This document shows positions 18,259 to 28,429 of a stretch of DNA of 64,000 nucleotides, in pieces; the stretch's first letter is position 1; every line of letters starts with the position of its first letter. The stretch comes from Candidatus Asgardarchaeum abyssi (GTDB taxonomy: Archaea > Asgardarchaeota > Asgardarchaeia > Asgardarchaeales > Asgardarchaeaceae): contig JBECUL010000002.1 in the NCBI GenBank assembly GCA_040225955.1, positions 28,544 through 92,543 on the forward strand. Direction: 5' to 3'. The notes beneath the pieces are model-generated. The model made no database searches. It saw only the letters and a list, made by a program, of their open reading frames with translations, and was not told the origin of the DNA. Both the position numbers and the translations under genes were made by a program.

Positions 18259-21200
18259 TTAGCGGCCTTGCATGGCTCTAATTCTACTTATCACATCATA
18301 CATAGTTGGCCTCTCAGTTGGATTCTTCTTGAGCATGTCTTTAATTAGTTGCCAAAGTGAATCACTAATCCCCTCTGGTCTTTTTGGTTCCTCACGCAGT
18401 ACTCTATTTACAACAACATTCAGCTCCTTTCCGAACGGGGGCTCTCCTGCAACTATCTCATAAAGAACAGCTCCAAGTTGCCATACATCAGTCCACTGCG
18501 AAACGTTACCGAAGCTTGGGTCAAATTGTTCTGGTGCAAAGTATGCAACTGTTCCCTTAAGCTCACCAGTAACTATTAATGTTTGCAGTCCTCCGAGTCC
18601 CCAATCACTTAACTTATAGACATCTCCTTTGTATAATATGTTCTCAGGCTTAATATCACGATGTACCAGGTAGAAGTCCTTATGTGCATATTGTAACCCA
18701 AGTGCTATGTCTAATATTATTTTTAAGGCCTCTTTTTCATCTAGCTTTCCTTTCTCATTGAGAATATTTCTTAATGTTCCATCCATCAACTCCATAGAAA
18801 TGTGCGGTAATGGCTCAAGACCGTAGCTAATCAATCTTACTATGTTTGGATGATCTAAAGTCTTCCAGATAGCAACTTCTCTTATAAATGATTTTAGTGC
18901 TTCCTGATCCTTTACATTTAAGATTTTAAGTGCTACTGGTCTTCCTTGAGGATCTATAGCTCTAAATACTGTTGCAAAGCCACCGACTCCAATCACGCCT
19001 TGGACTTTATAACCCGGTACCGCAACAGTAGGCATTTCCCTTGCTTCGACCTTTGCGGGTACCCTTACTGCTGGAACAGCTTCGACAAATACCAGCATTC
19101 CATCGCTAATTTTTGCTCTAATCTTGCCATCTGCAATAAGTCTAGTGAGAATGTCCTCTACCTCTTTTGCGTCAATATTTAATTTGTCTGCGATATCAGA
19201 TATGCGATATTTCTCATATGCCTTTGCTATCTCATTTACGTAATCAGTTAAATAATCCACAAGGTAATCTATTGAATAAAATGTTGTCATATCCCTTGAG
19301 GTAATAATGCCATAGTCTTTGAGATAAAAGATCTCTGATGGTAGGCTTTCTGGCATATACTCTAATTGAAGTGATGCCATTAAGTCTGAATAACTGATTT
19401 TTCCAGCATTCTTTATTATAGATGCTATACTCATTTTTAGATTCTCAATACCCTCTTTTGTGACAATTGTCATGTCTCTATTGATAGGCACTCTGTATAC
19501 GCTCATTAACATACTAATTATGAAGTCAATATCCTCGTTACGGATATCTGTTGCGGCAAGCCATTTTCTAACATCAATTATAGTTCTACTTGCTTCACTC
19601 AATAGATTATCTCTTACGCTGAGCATAAAACTCTCTGGATAAAGAACTCCCGAAGGCCCCATATACACGTGATATTTCTTAATAAGTTCATCACTGTGCT
19701 TGCTGACTAATTTATATTGATCTTGCAGTGATAGTTTTGATATCTTCGTTTCTCTAACATCTATGGGGGTATTTGCTTTTTGCACATAAGTAGCTATTTC
19801 CTCAAGTATACGCTTTCTTCCCTTTCCTCTCATCACCCTAACTGTAACTACGATAGCTCCTATGCCTACTACACCAAATATTGGTAGAAATATGTGTAGA
19901 TTGAAGTGAATAAATTCAATTGGACCAACTGCAGGATCCAATGGATCATATCCATTCCTTGCTTCCCAACCATCAATTATACCATCATCATCAGTATCTG
20001 GATTTAATGGATCTGTATGATATTTCTCAACTTCTTCGCCATCCATCAAATCGTCGTCGTCACTATCACTATCATATGGATTTGTGTAGCTTTGATACTC
20101 CTCTATATTTGTTAAATCATCACGATCAGGGTCATCATACGCATCGCCTGCATCTCTTGCATTAAAACCATAGAATATTTCCCATCCATCTGGCATCCCG
20201 TCACCATCAGTATCCCATTTATACGGATCTGTCTCAAATATAATCTCTGAAAATGTGGACGCAAAGTCATTATCAGGATCGAAGACTCTAGTATTTCTAT
20301 TATGCATCGGATCGCCTCCGAAGCATGACCAGTACGTTCTAATGCCAAAGGATACCTCACTTGAGGACTTCAATGCATATATTCTATTATCATCACTGCC
20401 CACAACTATTTCTACTACCCCATCGTTGTCTAAATCCCATATCGCCGGTGTTGATTCTATGCAGTCTCTTGTTTTATATATCCATAACACTGAGCCGTCT
20501 TCGCCCTGAAAAGCGTACAATCCTCCATCTCCACTACCTATAACTACCTCTAATCTATCATCTCCATCTACATCTCCTAGTGCTGGTGATGCGGGTATAT
20601 AACCACCAGTAGAATAAGACCAGAGCAATGTTCCATCTTCACCATTTACTACATATACGTCAGATTCTACATCTCCAATAACTACTTCTAGTTTTCCATC
20701 TCCATCTACATCTCCTATTGCTGGTGATGACATTATAGCACCTTTAGTTGCGTAGAACCAAAGTTCTTCTCCAGATTTCCCATCTATTGCGTATAATCTC
20801 CAATCATAAGAACCAATAACCACATCTAAATCTCCATCATTATCCACATCTCCCAGCGATGGTGAGGACCATATGATATCCCCAGTTCGAAAGGTCCATA
20901 ACAATGTTCCATCTTCGCCATTTAATGCATATATAAAGTTGTCATAGCTTCCAACAATGACTTCCAAGTTTCCATCATCATCTATATCTCCTAATGCTGG
21001 CGATGACCATACGTTATCTCCAGTTTCATATTCCCATAGCACCAAGCCAGTTTCACCATCAAGAGCATATATTTTGTTACCTCCACCAATAACTACTTCT
21101 AACCATCCATCACCATTTATATCCCCTAATGCTGGTGACGAAAGAACTTCAATATAGATTTCAAAACTCCATATCAATGATCCGTTCTGGCCATTAAATG

Positions 21201-21645
21201 CATTTATAAAGCCACCTTTGTCCCCAACGACGATCTCCAGATTGCCATCGTTATTTATATCTCCTATTGCTGCCGATGAAAATATGGGATGTCCAGTATA
21301 ATTATACCATAATATCGAACCATCTTCACCGTTTATTACGTACATTTTTCCATCGTCACCGCCGATGACAACTTCTGGCATTCCATCATTGTCAACATCT
21401 CCTATTGTTGGTGAAGCAAGTACATGTCCTTCAGTGTTATAAATCCAAAAGGTAGCAGGCTCTTGGTATGATGAGATTTGTTTGCTCTCCACCACGGTTG
21501 TGCTAACTAAAGGATTTAAAGCGTATGCTATCGATAATGTAGAGAATATAAGCAATAGGGTAGCTATGGTTGCCAAAAGCAGTATACCCTTTTTATGATG
21601 TTTCATTTTTCTTAAACTTTTAATACTTTTTAGGTAGACCAACAT
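18259..21645 (-). CDS. Receptor-like Hanks-type Ser/Thr protein kinase with an extracellular FG-GAP-like beta-propeller
   Basis: N-terminal anchor; 8 repeats of the type GDVDNDG.LEVVIGS.D..LYA..GEDG..LW; Asp-rich TSP3-like stretch (DTDGDGMPDGWE, DSDSDDDDLMDGEE, DTDDDGIIDGWE); TM IFLPIFGVVGIGAIVVTV. A cytoplasmic linker of about 270 aa follows. Kinase motifs are GVGGFATVF...VALKIL, HRDIKPENIL, SDWGLG and YFAPEQ. Confidence 0.85.
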   Translation of the reverse strand: MLVYLKSIKSLRKMKHHKKGILLLATIATLLLIFSTLSIAYALNPLVSTTVVESKQISSYQEPATFWIYNTEGHVLASPTIGDVDNDGMPEVVIGGDDGKMYVINGEDGSILWYNYTGHPIFSSAAIGDINNDGNLEIVVGDKGGFINAFNGQNGSLIWSFEIYIEVLSSPALGDINGDGWLEVVIGGGNKIYALDGETGLVLWEYETGDNVWSSPALGDIDDDGNLEVIVGSYDNFIYALNGEDGTLLWTFRTGDIIWSSPSLGDVDNDGDLDVVIGSYDWRLYAIDGKSGEELWFYATKGAIMSSPAIGDVDGDGKLEVVIGDVESDVYVVNGEDGTLLWSYSTGGYIPASPALGDVDGDDRLEVVIGSGDGGLYAFQGEDGSVLWIYKTRDCIESTPAIWDLDNDGVVEIVVGSDDNRIYALKSSSEVSFGIRTYWSCFGGDPMHNRNTRVFDPDNDFASTFSEIIFETDPYKWDTDGDGMPDGWEIFYGFNARDAGDAYDDPDRDDLTNIEEYQSYTNPYDSDSDDDDLMDGEEVEKYHTDPLNPDTDDDGIIDGWEARNGYDPLDPAVGPIEFIHFNLHIFLPIFGVVGIGAIVVTVRVMRGKGRKRILEEIATYVQKANTPIDVRETKISKLSLQDQYKLVSKHSDELIKKYHVYMGPSGVLYPESFMLSVRDNLLSEASRTIIDVRKWLAATDIRNEDIDFIISMLMSVYRVPINRDMTIVTKEGIENLKMSIASIIKNAGKISYSDLMASLQLEYMPESLPSEIFYLKDYGIITSRDMTTFYSIDYLVDYLTDYVNEIAKAYEKYRISDIADKLNIDAKEVEDILTRLIADGKIRAKISDGMLVFVEAVPAVRVPAKVEAREMPTVAVPGYKVQGVIGVGGFATVFRAIDPQGRPVALKILNVKDQEALKSFIREVAIWKTLDHPNIVRLISYGLEPLPHISMELMDGTLRNILNEKGKLDEKEALKIILDIALGLQYAHKDFYLVHRDIKPENILYKGDVYKLSDWGLGGLQTLIVTGELKGTVAYFAPEQFDPSFGNVSQWTDVWQLGAVLYEIVAGEPPFGKELNVVVNRVLREEPKRPEGISDSLWQLIKDMLKKNPTERPTMYDVISRIRAMQGR

Positions 21646-22142
21646 AATAATCCCTCAAAAAGAATATTTCATCTTATTTTCCTCTGAGAATCTATAATTA
21701 GCAATCCCATAGCGTCCAAGCGTGGTTGGTTTATTTCTGACTTTATGTTTCACGATCTCTAAAATAAAAAATGAAGCCAATGTTCCCATCATACCCATTG
21801 GACATGTCCATGGCTATCTACTTAATTTCCTTTTTACTACTTAAATTATTATATTATTATAATGCTTTTTCTTTATCTACTTTATATATATCTTTATGGA
21901 TAAAAACTTTACTGGGCATGTATAAAAGTGTCTGCATAAAGAACTGCGAGTAACGGCTATACTCACCTACATTTGGAAGAAAATCTAAAAACTAAAAATA
22001 GACGTAAATATTTAAGGTGGCCATTCTATTCTTCTTATGAAAACATCTTTGCCTTCAGTGTATTTTTCGAGGTATCCTTGGTTGGTAATACGATCTAATG
22101 AATTTAATTATGATTTATATGTAATTTTTCAATAGCTATGTA

Positions 22143-25025
22143 TTAAGTTGTAATCTTTAATTCCTCTAGAAACTTTTCTGGAATCCATTCAATTCTCAGT
22201 GCTTCTGACAAATTAATTTTCATTGAGCTGATACTCACAATAAGACCAAATATGCTGCTGAGTATAAGGAAGAAGACGGAGTAAAGGATACCATTAAAGA
22301 ATGTTTCATTGCTAGCGAGTACAGAAGATATAAATGTCAGATCAATGCCTAATATTGGAGAAACTATAAATGTTAAAACATAGCTGAAGATAAATCCAAA
22401 CAATACAGCGTAAAGTAAGGTTAAGAAAATCTCAACAAAGACAAGTTCAACTATTTTTCTTCTCTTTTCACCTATTGCTAAAAGTATGGCTATTTCTCTA
22501 TTTCTTCTCTTCCCAATCACTATTAAAAGCTCCCAGAGGGCTACTGTTACTAGAACTATTGATGCCATATATGATGCATTAAGCTCAATAACAGTACCCC
22601 TTATTACATCTTCTTCTGTTTCATGTTTTATTTCATCAATTGTAAATCTACTAAACGACAGATCGATTTCAGAGTACTTATACTTTAATAGTGCAAGTCT
22701 ATTTTTGATCTCTAAGCTTGCTCTTGTTTTATTTGAACTTTCTTTTAATCTTATGAGTAGGGTAACACCAACATAATCTTGCAGTTTTAGTACTGTTAAT
22801 ATATCCGTTATTATATAGTCCAAGACTGGATAATAAAAGAAATACTCCCAATCTGAGACATCAACATGAATATTTATTCTTAAAATTGGTAGTACATGAG
22901 CCACAAATATAAACCAGGGAGAAAGGGGCTCATCTATAGTTCCAATAATTTTAATAGGTACAACCTCTTTTGTTTCATTACTTAATAATTTCAGTACATC
23001 GCCCTCTTCGAAATTATAAATCTCTTTCAAATATTCTGATGCTATTCCGTTACCAGTTCCATTTCTAATATTGCTAAATAGCTTAGCGTACTCTTTCTCT
23101 TTCATTAATTGTCCATCCTTAGAATATACAGTCTCCAGAAAACTTTCTGGGATTATGCCTAGAATGGGATAAGACCATATAGTTTTACCATCAAACTCTA
23201 AATCGTATAGCGAGGTAATAATAGTATATGCCTCTATATCTGATATGTTTTCAATAATATCCTGTACGATTTCATTTATTCTTGTTAGATTATTTGATGA
23301 TGGAAATGAAATGTTGATATCACTGCCAGTTAGCCAATATTCCTTTGCGTAATAAGAGGAAATATAGCTATTAAATAACGTATTTGAGGAGATACTTACC
23401 ATGACTATTATTGTAAACACACCTGCTATTACTTTTGTCATAGTAGATTTATGAAAAACGTTTCTAAGACCTATGGTTAAAGACCTTAGTGAGTTATATT
23501 TTCTGAATCTTCTTGTTAAGTGCAATAGAAGCGGCTCTAGGTATCTATAAACAATTCTAGTAGTGCCAACAACAAGAGTAAAAGGAGAAATCAAAAACAT
23601 CATACCAAATACTGTTAGTATTATTAATGTGGACAATAATCCAAATCGGTGAATGTTATCCACGTCAAGGATCATCTGAACAATTAAGGGGAATCGAAAA
23701 TAAATAGCTATTATTGCGAGCGTGTAAAGAATCAGAAGAGCATCCAAATACGTTCCTTGTAGAACAGTAAAGACCCTTTTTGTGATGCCCTTTTTCTTCT
23801 CTATTGTCTTTGATATGAGAGTATTGAATGTTTTTATAAGCAAATAGATAAACACGCTAATGGTTATTGTCAATAGATAAATTCCAAGCAAATAGACATA
23901 ACTCATAAACGACCTAAGAACTACAGGATATTTATAAAATCCTTGTGGGTCATAAGCCATTAGAAATAATCGACTAGCACCAATCCCGGCAAGAATCCCA
24001 AATAGTATTCCTAAAGCGATTTGCACCGATAAATAGTTCAGAAATATGTATTTTTTAGCTCTTTTCGAAAACCCTCGAGCGGTGATGACGTTTAATTCTC
24101 GTTCCCATTTGAGATAAAATGTCTCGATGAAGAAATACTGAATAGTGTAAAAGGCAATGAAGAGAGGTATACAGGCAAGAATAAGTCTTTGCTTGAAAAG
24201 GTTCTTCCACGCCAAAAGTTCTTCTACATGATAAAGTAGCGGAAAGTCAATAAAAACACGAACATGATATTTAGGATACGAAAGCTCATCGGGTAGGTTT
24301 GAAAGATGATTTGCTAGTGAGGATAGCTCATCTTTTGTTAGCTCAGGATTCTCTTTGTTAACAATTAGAGAATTATCTATGTCAGCTACAAAATTGTAAG
24401 AGTAACCAGAAGTTGCGGCAATCATATGAGCTAAGTTTACTATTGTATCAAGAGGCGCAATCGCTACAATGTTGCTTAAACTACTTGTAAAATTGATCAA
24501 GAAAAATCCTGAAATTGTTATATTTTTTATAGATCCATAATACGTCTTAACGATTGCAAATTTATCTCCAATTTTTAGGTTATGGAGCTTTGCCAGATCG
24601 GACCGTATACATATCTTATTTTCTTGAAGTGTACCGTTAGTAAGCTTAATTTTAAGAGATTCTAATGTACTTTCATTCTCGATACCAACGATTTCCCCAT
24701 CAAATGTCATATGTATGTTATTTTCACTTGCAGGTAATTTATAGTGTATGCCTAAGCTTTTAAATTCGAAAAAGTGAGAAATGTAAAACTTTGCTGATAT
24801 AGTATCTCGAACTGCAATAACTAATTTACGTTCTTGTTGAGCAATTCGGTAGTCTGAAAAAGTTACTTTAATGAATAAGTCGTTTTCTTCTTCTGGTATT
24901 GTACTTTCAGCTTTTATATAGCCAATTGAATCAACTGCCAATAAGGACCCGAAAATAACCATAGTTATTATAATGTATGAAAATAATTGAGGACTAAATC
25001 TCAATGGGTTAAGAAGGCCCCTCAA
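22143..25025 (-). CDS. Large FtsX-family ABC permease-like membrane protein (two FtsX modules), no adjacent ATPase
   Basis: 960 aa. N-terminal TM followed by large extracytoplasmic segments and two TM bundles, each preceded by FtsX-like motifs (ERELNVITARGFSKR and NREIAILLAIGEKRRKIVELVFVEIF). Confidence 0.7.
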   Translation of the reverse strand: MRGLLNPLRFSPQLFSYIIITMVIFGSLLAVDSIGYIKAESTIPEEENDLFIKVTFSDYRIAQQERKLVIAVRDTISAKFYISHFFEFKSLGIHYKLPASENNIHMTFDGEIVGIENESTLESLKIKLTNGTLQENKICIRSDLAKLHNLKIGDKFAIVKTYYGSIKNITISGFFLINFTSSLSNIVAIAPLDTIVNLAHMIAATSGYSYNFVADIDNSLIVNKENPELTKDELSSLANHLSNLPDELSYPKYHVRVFIDFPLLYHVEELLAWKNLFKQRLILACIPLFIAFYTIQYFFIETFYLKWERELNVITARGFSKRAKKYIFLNYLSVQIALGILFGILAGIGASRLFLMAYDPQGFYKYPVVLRSFMSYVYLLGIYLLTITISVFIYLLIKTFNTLISKTIEKKKGITKRVFTVLQGTYLDALLILYTLAIIAIYFRFPLIVQMILDVDNIHRFGLLSTLIILTVFGMMFLISPFTLVVGTTRIVYRYLEPLLLHLTRRFRKYNSLRSLTIGLRNVFHKSTMTKVIAGVFTIIVMVSISSNTLFNSYISSYYAKEYWLTGSDINISFPSSNNLTRINEIVQDIIENISDIEAYTIITSLYDLEFDGKTIWSYPILGIIPESFLETVYSKDGQLMKEKEYAKLFSNIRNGTGNGIASEYLKEIYNFEEGDVLKLLSNETKEVVPIKIIGTIDEPLSPWFIFVAHVLPILRINIHVDVSDWEYFFYYPVLDYIITDILTVLKLQDYVGVTLLIRLKESSNKTRASLEIKNRLALLKYKYSEIDLSFSRFTIDEIKHETEEDVIRGTVIELNASYMASIVLVTVALWELLIVIGKRRNREIAILLAIGEKRRKIVELVFVEIFLTLLYAVLFGFIFSYVLTFIVSPILGIDLTFISSVLASNETFFNGILYSVFFLILSSIFGLIVSISSMKINLSEALRIEWIPEKFLEELKITT

Positions 25026-25244
25026 GTTTCTCCCTCAATACTTTTCTGAAAAAATAATATCCAACTTTAAGCATATTCAACACTAGATATATTATTTATG
25101 ATAAATAAAAACATTATTAGATTAAATAATAATGCAATGATTGGTGATTGCTCGTTTTCTATTTACTCCTAACTGAATATTTATTAGTTGATTCCTTGAA
25201 ATTCTATGTTATAGATAGGCAAGACTGGCTTTTGGTGATACCTA

Positions 25245-26117
25245 ATGTTGGTAGGCTTTATCGGACTTGGTATGATGGGTTTAAGGATGGCCAAGAGGCT
25301 ATTAAATAAAGGTATACAGTTAGTTGTTTGGAATAGAAGTAAGGAGAAAATAGAACAATTAAGAAAATTTAATATTGAGGTAGCCAGTGCACCTAAAGAG
25401 CTTGCCAGAAAAACGAAAGTTATTCTGTTAATGCTATCTGATGAGAATGCTTGTGATGAGGTTATATTTGGAGAGAATGGAATTCTTGATGGTCTATCGG
25501 AAGGCAAAGATCTTACAATAGTGAACTTCTCGACAATATCTCCAGCTTACAGTATAAACTTAGAGAGATCACTAAAGAGTGCAGGTGTAAAATATGTGGA
25601 GGTTCCAGTATTAGGTAGTTTAAAAGAGGCAGAAGAAGGTCGTTTATTAGCTCTGATTGGTGGTGATAAAGAAACTGTAGATGAACTGAGCTCTATTCTT
25701 GATATTCTTGCTGGAAAGCGTATCTATGTAGGTAGTGTTGGTAAGGCATCCGCACTAAAGCTGACTGTTAACTCGTTGTCGTTGACAATTGTTTCTTTGT
25801 TCTGTGAGGTTCTAACTCTTGCAAGAAGTTGGGGCGTGGACGTAAACACAGTGTATGATGTTCTCAAAGAGACATGGCTTAAAGCGGTTGTGGAAAAATA
25901 TGGTAGCCGGGTTCTCTCAGATGATATACCTCCAAGGTTTAAAGTTGAGTTGGCTAAGAAAGATCTTTTTTATGCTCTTAAAAGTGGCTACGAGAAGAAT
26001 GTCCCTCTCTTGATAATATCATCCGCAGTACAAGTATATACAAACGCAACCAAATGCAAAGACCCTTCGAAGGACTACACAAGAAACGTGTTTAAATATT
26101 ACAGCCGTTTCCTATAA
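25245..26117 (+). CDS. NAD(P)-dependent oxidoreductase, 3-hydroxyisobutyrate / 6-phosphogluconate dehydrogenase-like
   Basis: N-terminal Rossmann motif VGFIGLGMMGLRMAKRLL...VWNRS. The length (290 aa) and the C-terminal helical domain fit the HIBADH family. Confidence 0.8.
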   Translation: MLVGFIGLGMMGLRMAKRLLNKGIQLVVWNRSKEKIEQLRKFNIEVASAPKELARKTKVILLMLSDENACDEVIFGENGILDGLSEGKDLTIVNFSTISPAYSINLERSLKSAGVKYVEVPVLGSLKEAEEGRLLALIGGDKETVDELSSILDILAGKRIYVGSVGKASALKLTVNSLSLTIVSLFCEVLTLARSWGVDVNTVYDVLKETWLKAVVEKYGSRVLSDDIPPRFKVELAKKDLFYALKSGYEKNVPLLIISSAVQVYTNATKCKDPSKDYTRNVFKYYSRFL

Positions 26118-26316
26118 CCTTTTCAGTTCAAAAATATCATTTTTGTCTATAACAATACTATACATTTAAACTCTTTCGATTTTTTATACCTAAAAAGTAA
26201 ATTTTATATTGCTGATAAGTTAACTTTTTTGACATTGAAGTTTCCTTATCACTCACAGAGTCCGTTCAAGATTAAAAATTAATAAGTATGAAGATAGATT
26301 AAATACTATTACGCTC

Positions 26317-26904
26317 TTGGTAATAGACGGGAATATAGGAGGATCTGTATTGAGCATCCTTCTAACCGAAAATAAGTTAAAGCTACTATACTTGATATAT
26401 CTCTATACGATGAACAAGGATCCCGAAAAAGGTGAAACTTGGATCAAAGAGAATGCTTTACTTTCACTAGCACACTATTTAATCGAGAAAAACGTTTTGG
26501 ACTATGACTATGCACCCCAGCTTGTGTTATGGGGAGATAAAACGAGAATTGCCAATATGTCTACACAGCTAATTCAAGAACTTAATGAATTAAGACTAAC
26601 ACATGTAGCCCAGATGAGAGTTGCAACAACAGATTATAGATACCTAAAGGCATATCGAATAACAAATTCCGGTGTTGAGGCTTTGAGCAAAATTCCAGAT
26701 GAAGTGAAGAATGCAGTTAGGCAAGCACTTAGCTGCCCTAACTGCAATTCCTTACTCGAGATAAAGTTTAATGAGGAAAATTTAGAGCCCTTTCTATTTT
26801 GTAAAAATTGTAATTTGAAAATAAAAATAGGTTTGCTGGATATAGGTGATTACTCCTATGAGGTAAAATCATTCAAGTTGAGGGATTTCCTAGATGACAT
26901 CTAA
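26317..26904 (+). CDS. Hypothetical protein with a wHTH-like N-terminus and a C-terminal CxxC...CxxC zinc ribbon
   Basis: CPNCNSLLEIKF...FCKNCNLKIKI zinc ribbon. The N-terminus (ENKLKLLYLIYLY...ALLSLAHYLIEKNVL) looks like a winged helix. The more likely start is TTG 26350, 6 nt after GGAGGA (26338-26343). It overlaps the next ORF by 11 nt. Confidence 0.5.
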   Translation: MVIDGNIGGSVLSILLTENKLKLLYLIYLYTMNKDPEKGETWIKENALLSLAHYLIEKNVLDYDYAPQLVLWGDKTRIANMSTQLIQELNELRLTHVAQMRVATTDYRYLKAYRITNSGVEALSKIPDEVKNAVRQALSCPNCNSLLEIKFNEENLEPFLFCKNCNLKIKIGLLDIGDYSYEVKSFKLRDFLDDI

Positions 26905-28333
26905 CGGAGAGGATAATAGTATAAAAATTGAGCAAGAGCCTAAGGAATTTCTGTTCTTCAAGGAACCAAAAATAATAATTTCAGAATGGTATCCTTTTGG
27001 CCCTATACAATTTGAAAGCTTCGCTAATCTTGTAATGCGTCAAGATATTCAGAGAAAGGTATTCCTATCTCTAAGAGTAAAAGATCACCCGCAAGAAGCT
27101 TATTTCAAGACAACCAAAAAACTAGCTCAATTATTAGTTGGTCCACCTTCAAGTAAAAGCTGGAATGTTATCGAATTTGAAACTATTATGGAAATCGGTT
27201 CTAAAACACAAGTTGAGAGGATTAATGCATTAGTGATGGATTACGGATCAGTACTATACAGTATTGAGCTAGTGAAGATTGGTGAGGAACATACTTTCTT
27301 TGGCTCTGATAGGGTTGCCAGAGTAATTGCTAATTTATTTGACGATATATCCTCTTTAATGACCTCATTACTGAGCAGCTACCAATTAAGAGCAATAAAA
27401 ATAATATATCCGCAATATGAGAAAGAGGGCTTTGAGAAATCTAAAATTTTCTTGATTGCAACCAAAGAAACTAAAGCAAAGGTCAAGGACACACAAAAAT
27501 TTGAAGAAGTAAACATAGAATATATGCAACTTCTTGGTAGTAGACTAAAAATAATAGAGCTCAACGATTTAAAGATAGTAGAGGGAGAATTAGGCATAGT
27601 AGCTGAAGGAGAATACGAGAAATACCTTTCAGGACTTATATACTATTTGCAAGTTTTAGCAATAAAGCGATTTTTGAATGATTTATATTCCCGAATATGG
27701 ATAATGTGGGATAACGTCATTTATATTCGAGAGGGGATATTTAAGGAAGAGGAAGAAATACTGACCCTTCTAGAAGAGCTATCAAAATTGCATAGTGACT
27801 TAAACATCTTAAGGAATATCGGTCTGCTGTTTACGCATGCTGTTTGTAGGCTTAAAGAAAAATACGATATTATCATAAGAAAAAGGAATGTATACACTGA
27901 AAGTATCATTAATAAACTTAGAGTGATAGACCTAATAGAAAGCTTGGAGAACCAAGTTAAAGAACTATCGAATTTCATTGCATCGCTTATCGACGAAATA
28001 AGGAGCCTACAAATTGTTGCATCATCGTTCTTAGAAGAAGAGCATTATCAGCTGAGAAAGATCATGACTGAAAATATCAAAAAGCAAGCAAGCATGCAAG
28101 CAGCTCTAGAAGTTATAGAAATAGTCATTATAGGCGTATATGGTTTAGAGGTAGGTCATCTCTTGGCAAATTACCTTATTTATGGGCCAGAAGCCATTCA
28201 ATCAGAACATTTTCTTATGGTAATCGGTACTGGAATAATCTTCTTACTCCTAGGTATACTCATTATTCACACTATTAGAGAACGGTATCTTGAAAAAGCA
28301 GAGATTATCAAGGAAAAAAATAAGAAGACATAG
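26894..28333 (+). CDS. Hypothetical membrane protein with CorA-like topology (large soluble N-domain, coiled coil, two C-terminal TM helices)
   Basis: 479 aa. Heptad-rich region (LIESLENQVKELSNFIASLIDEIRSLQ), then AALEVIEIVIIGVYGLEVG (TM1), a short loop, FLMVIGTGIIFLLLGILII (TM2) and a basic tail HTIRERYLEK. Confidence 0.5.
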   Translation: MTSNGEDNSIKIEQEPKEFLFFKEPKIIISEWYPFGPIQFESFANLVMRQDIQRKVFLSLRVKDHPQEAYFKTTKKLAQLLVGPPSSKSWNVIEFETIMEIGSKTQVERINALVMDYGSVLYSIELVKIGEEHTFFGSDRVARVIANLFDDISSLMTSLLSSYQLRAIKIIYPQYEKEGFEKSKIFLIATKETKAKVKDTQKFEEVNIEYMQLLGSRLKIIELNDLKIVEGELGIVAEGEYEKYLSGLIYYLQVLAIKRFLNDLYSRIWIMWDNVIYIREGIFKEEEEILTLLEELSKLHSDLNILRNIGLLFTHAVCRLKEKYDIIIRKRNVYTESIINKLRVIDLIESLENQVKELSNFIASLIDEIRSLQIVASSFLEEEHYQLRKIMTENIKKQASMQAALEVIEIVIIGVYGLEVGHLLANYLIYGPEAIQSEHFLMVIGTGIIFLLLGILIIHTIRERYLEKAEIIKEKNKKT

Positions 28334-28429
28334 TGACTGCTAGTGATTGCATAAAAGGAAACCTAATAATAAATTTTTTATGAGGTATTAGAATAAACTA
28401 TTATAATATACGGCTATAGGGGATCTGGC

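Noticed and set aside
18272-21157. Many 60-84-aa plus-strand ORFs antisense to the kinase gene, with similar antisense ORFs inside feoB, cobN, cooS and the FtsX genes
   Set aside because: They are low-complexity mirror-frame ORFs nested inside long, motif-supported genes and have no independent support.
20350-21430. Nucleotide periodicity of about 120 nt that could be a tandem repeat or satellite
   Set aside because: It is fully explained by the eight FG-GAP-like protein repeats of the kinase ectodomain. The copies are divergent at the DNA level.
25184-25507. 107-aa minus-strand ORF
   Set aside because: It is antisense to the Rossmann-fold N-terminus of the well-supported dehydrogenase gene.
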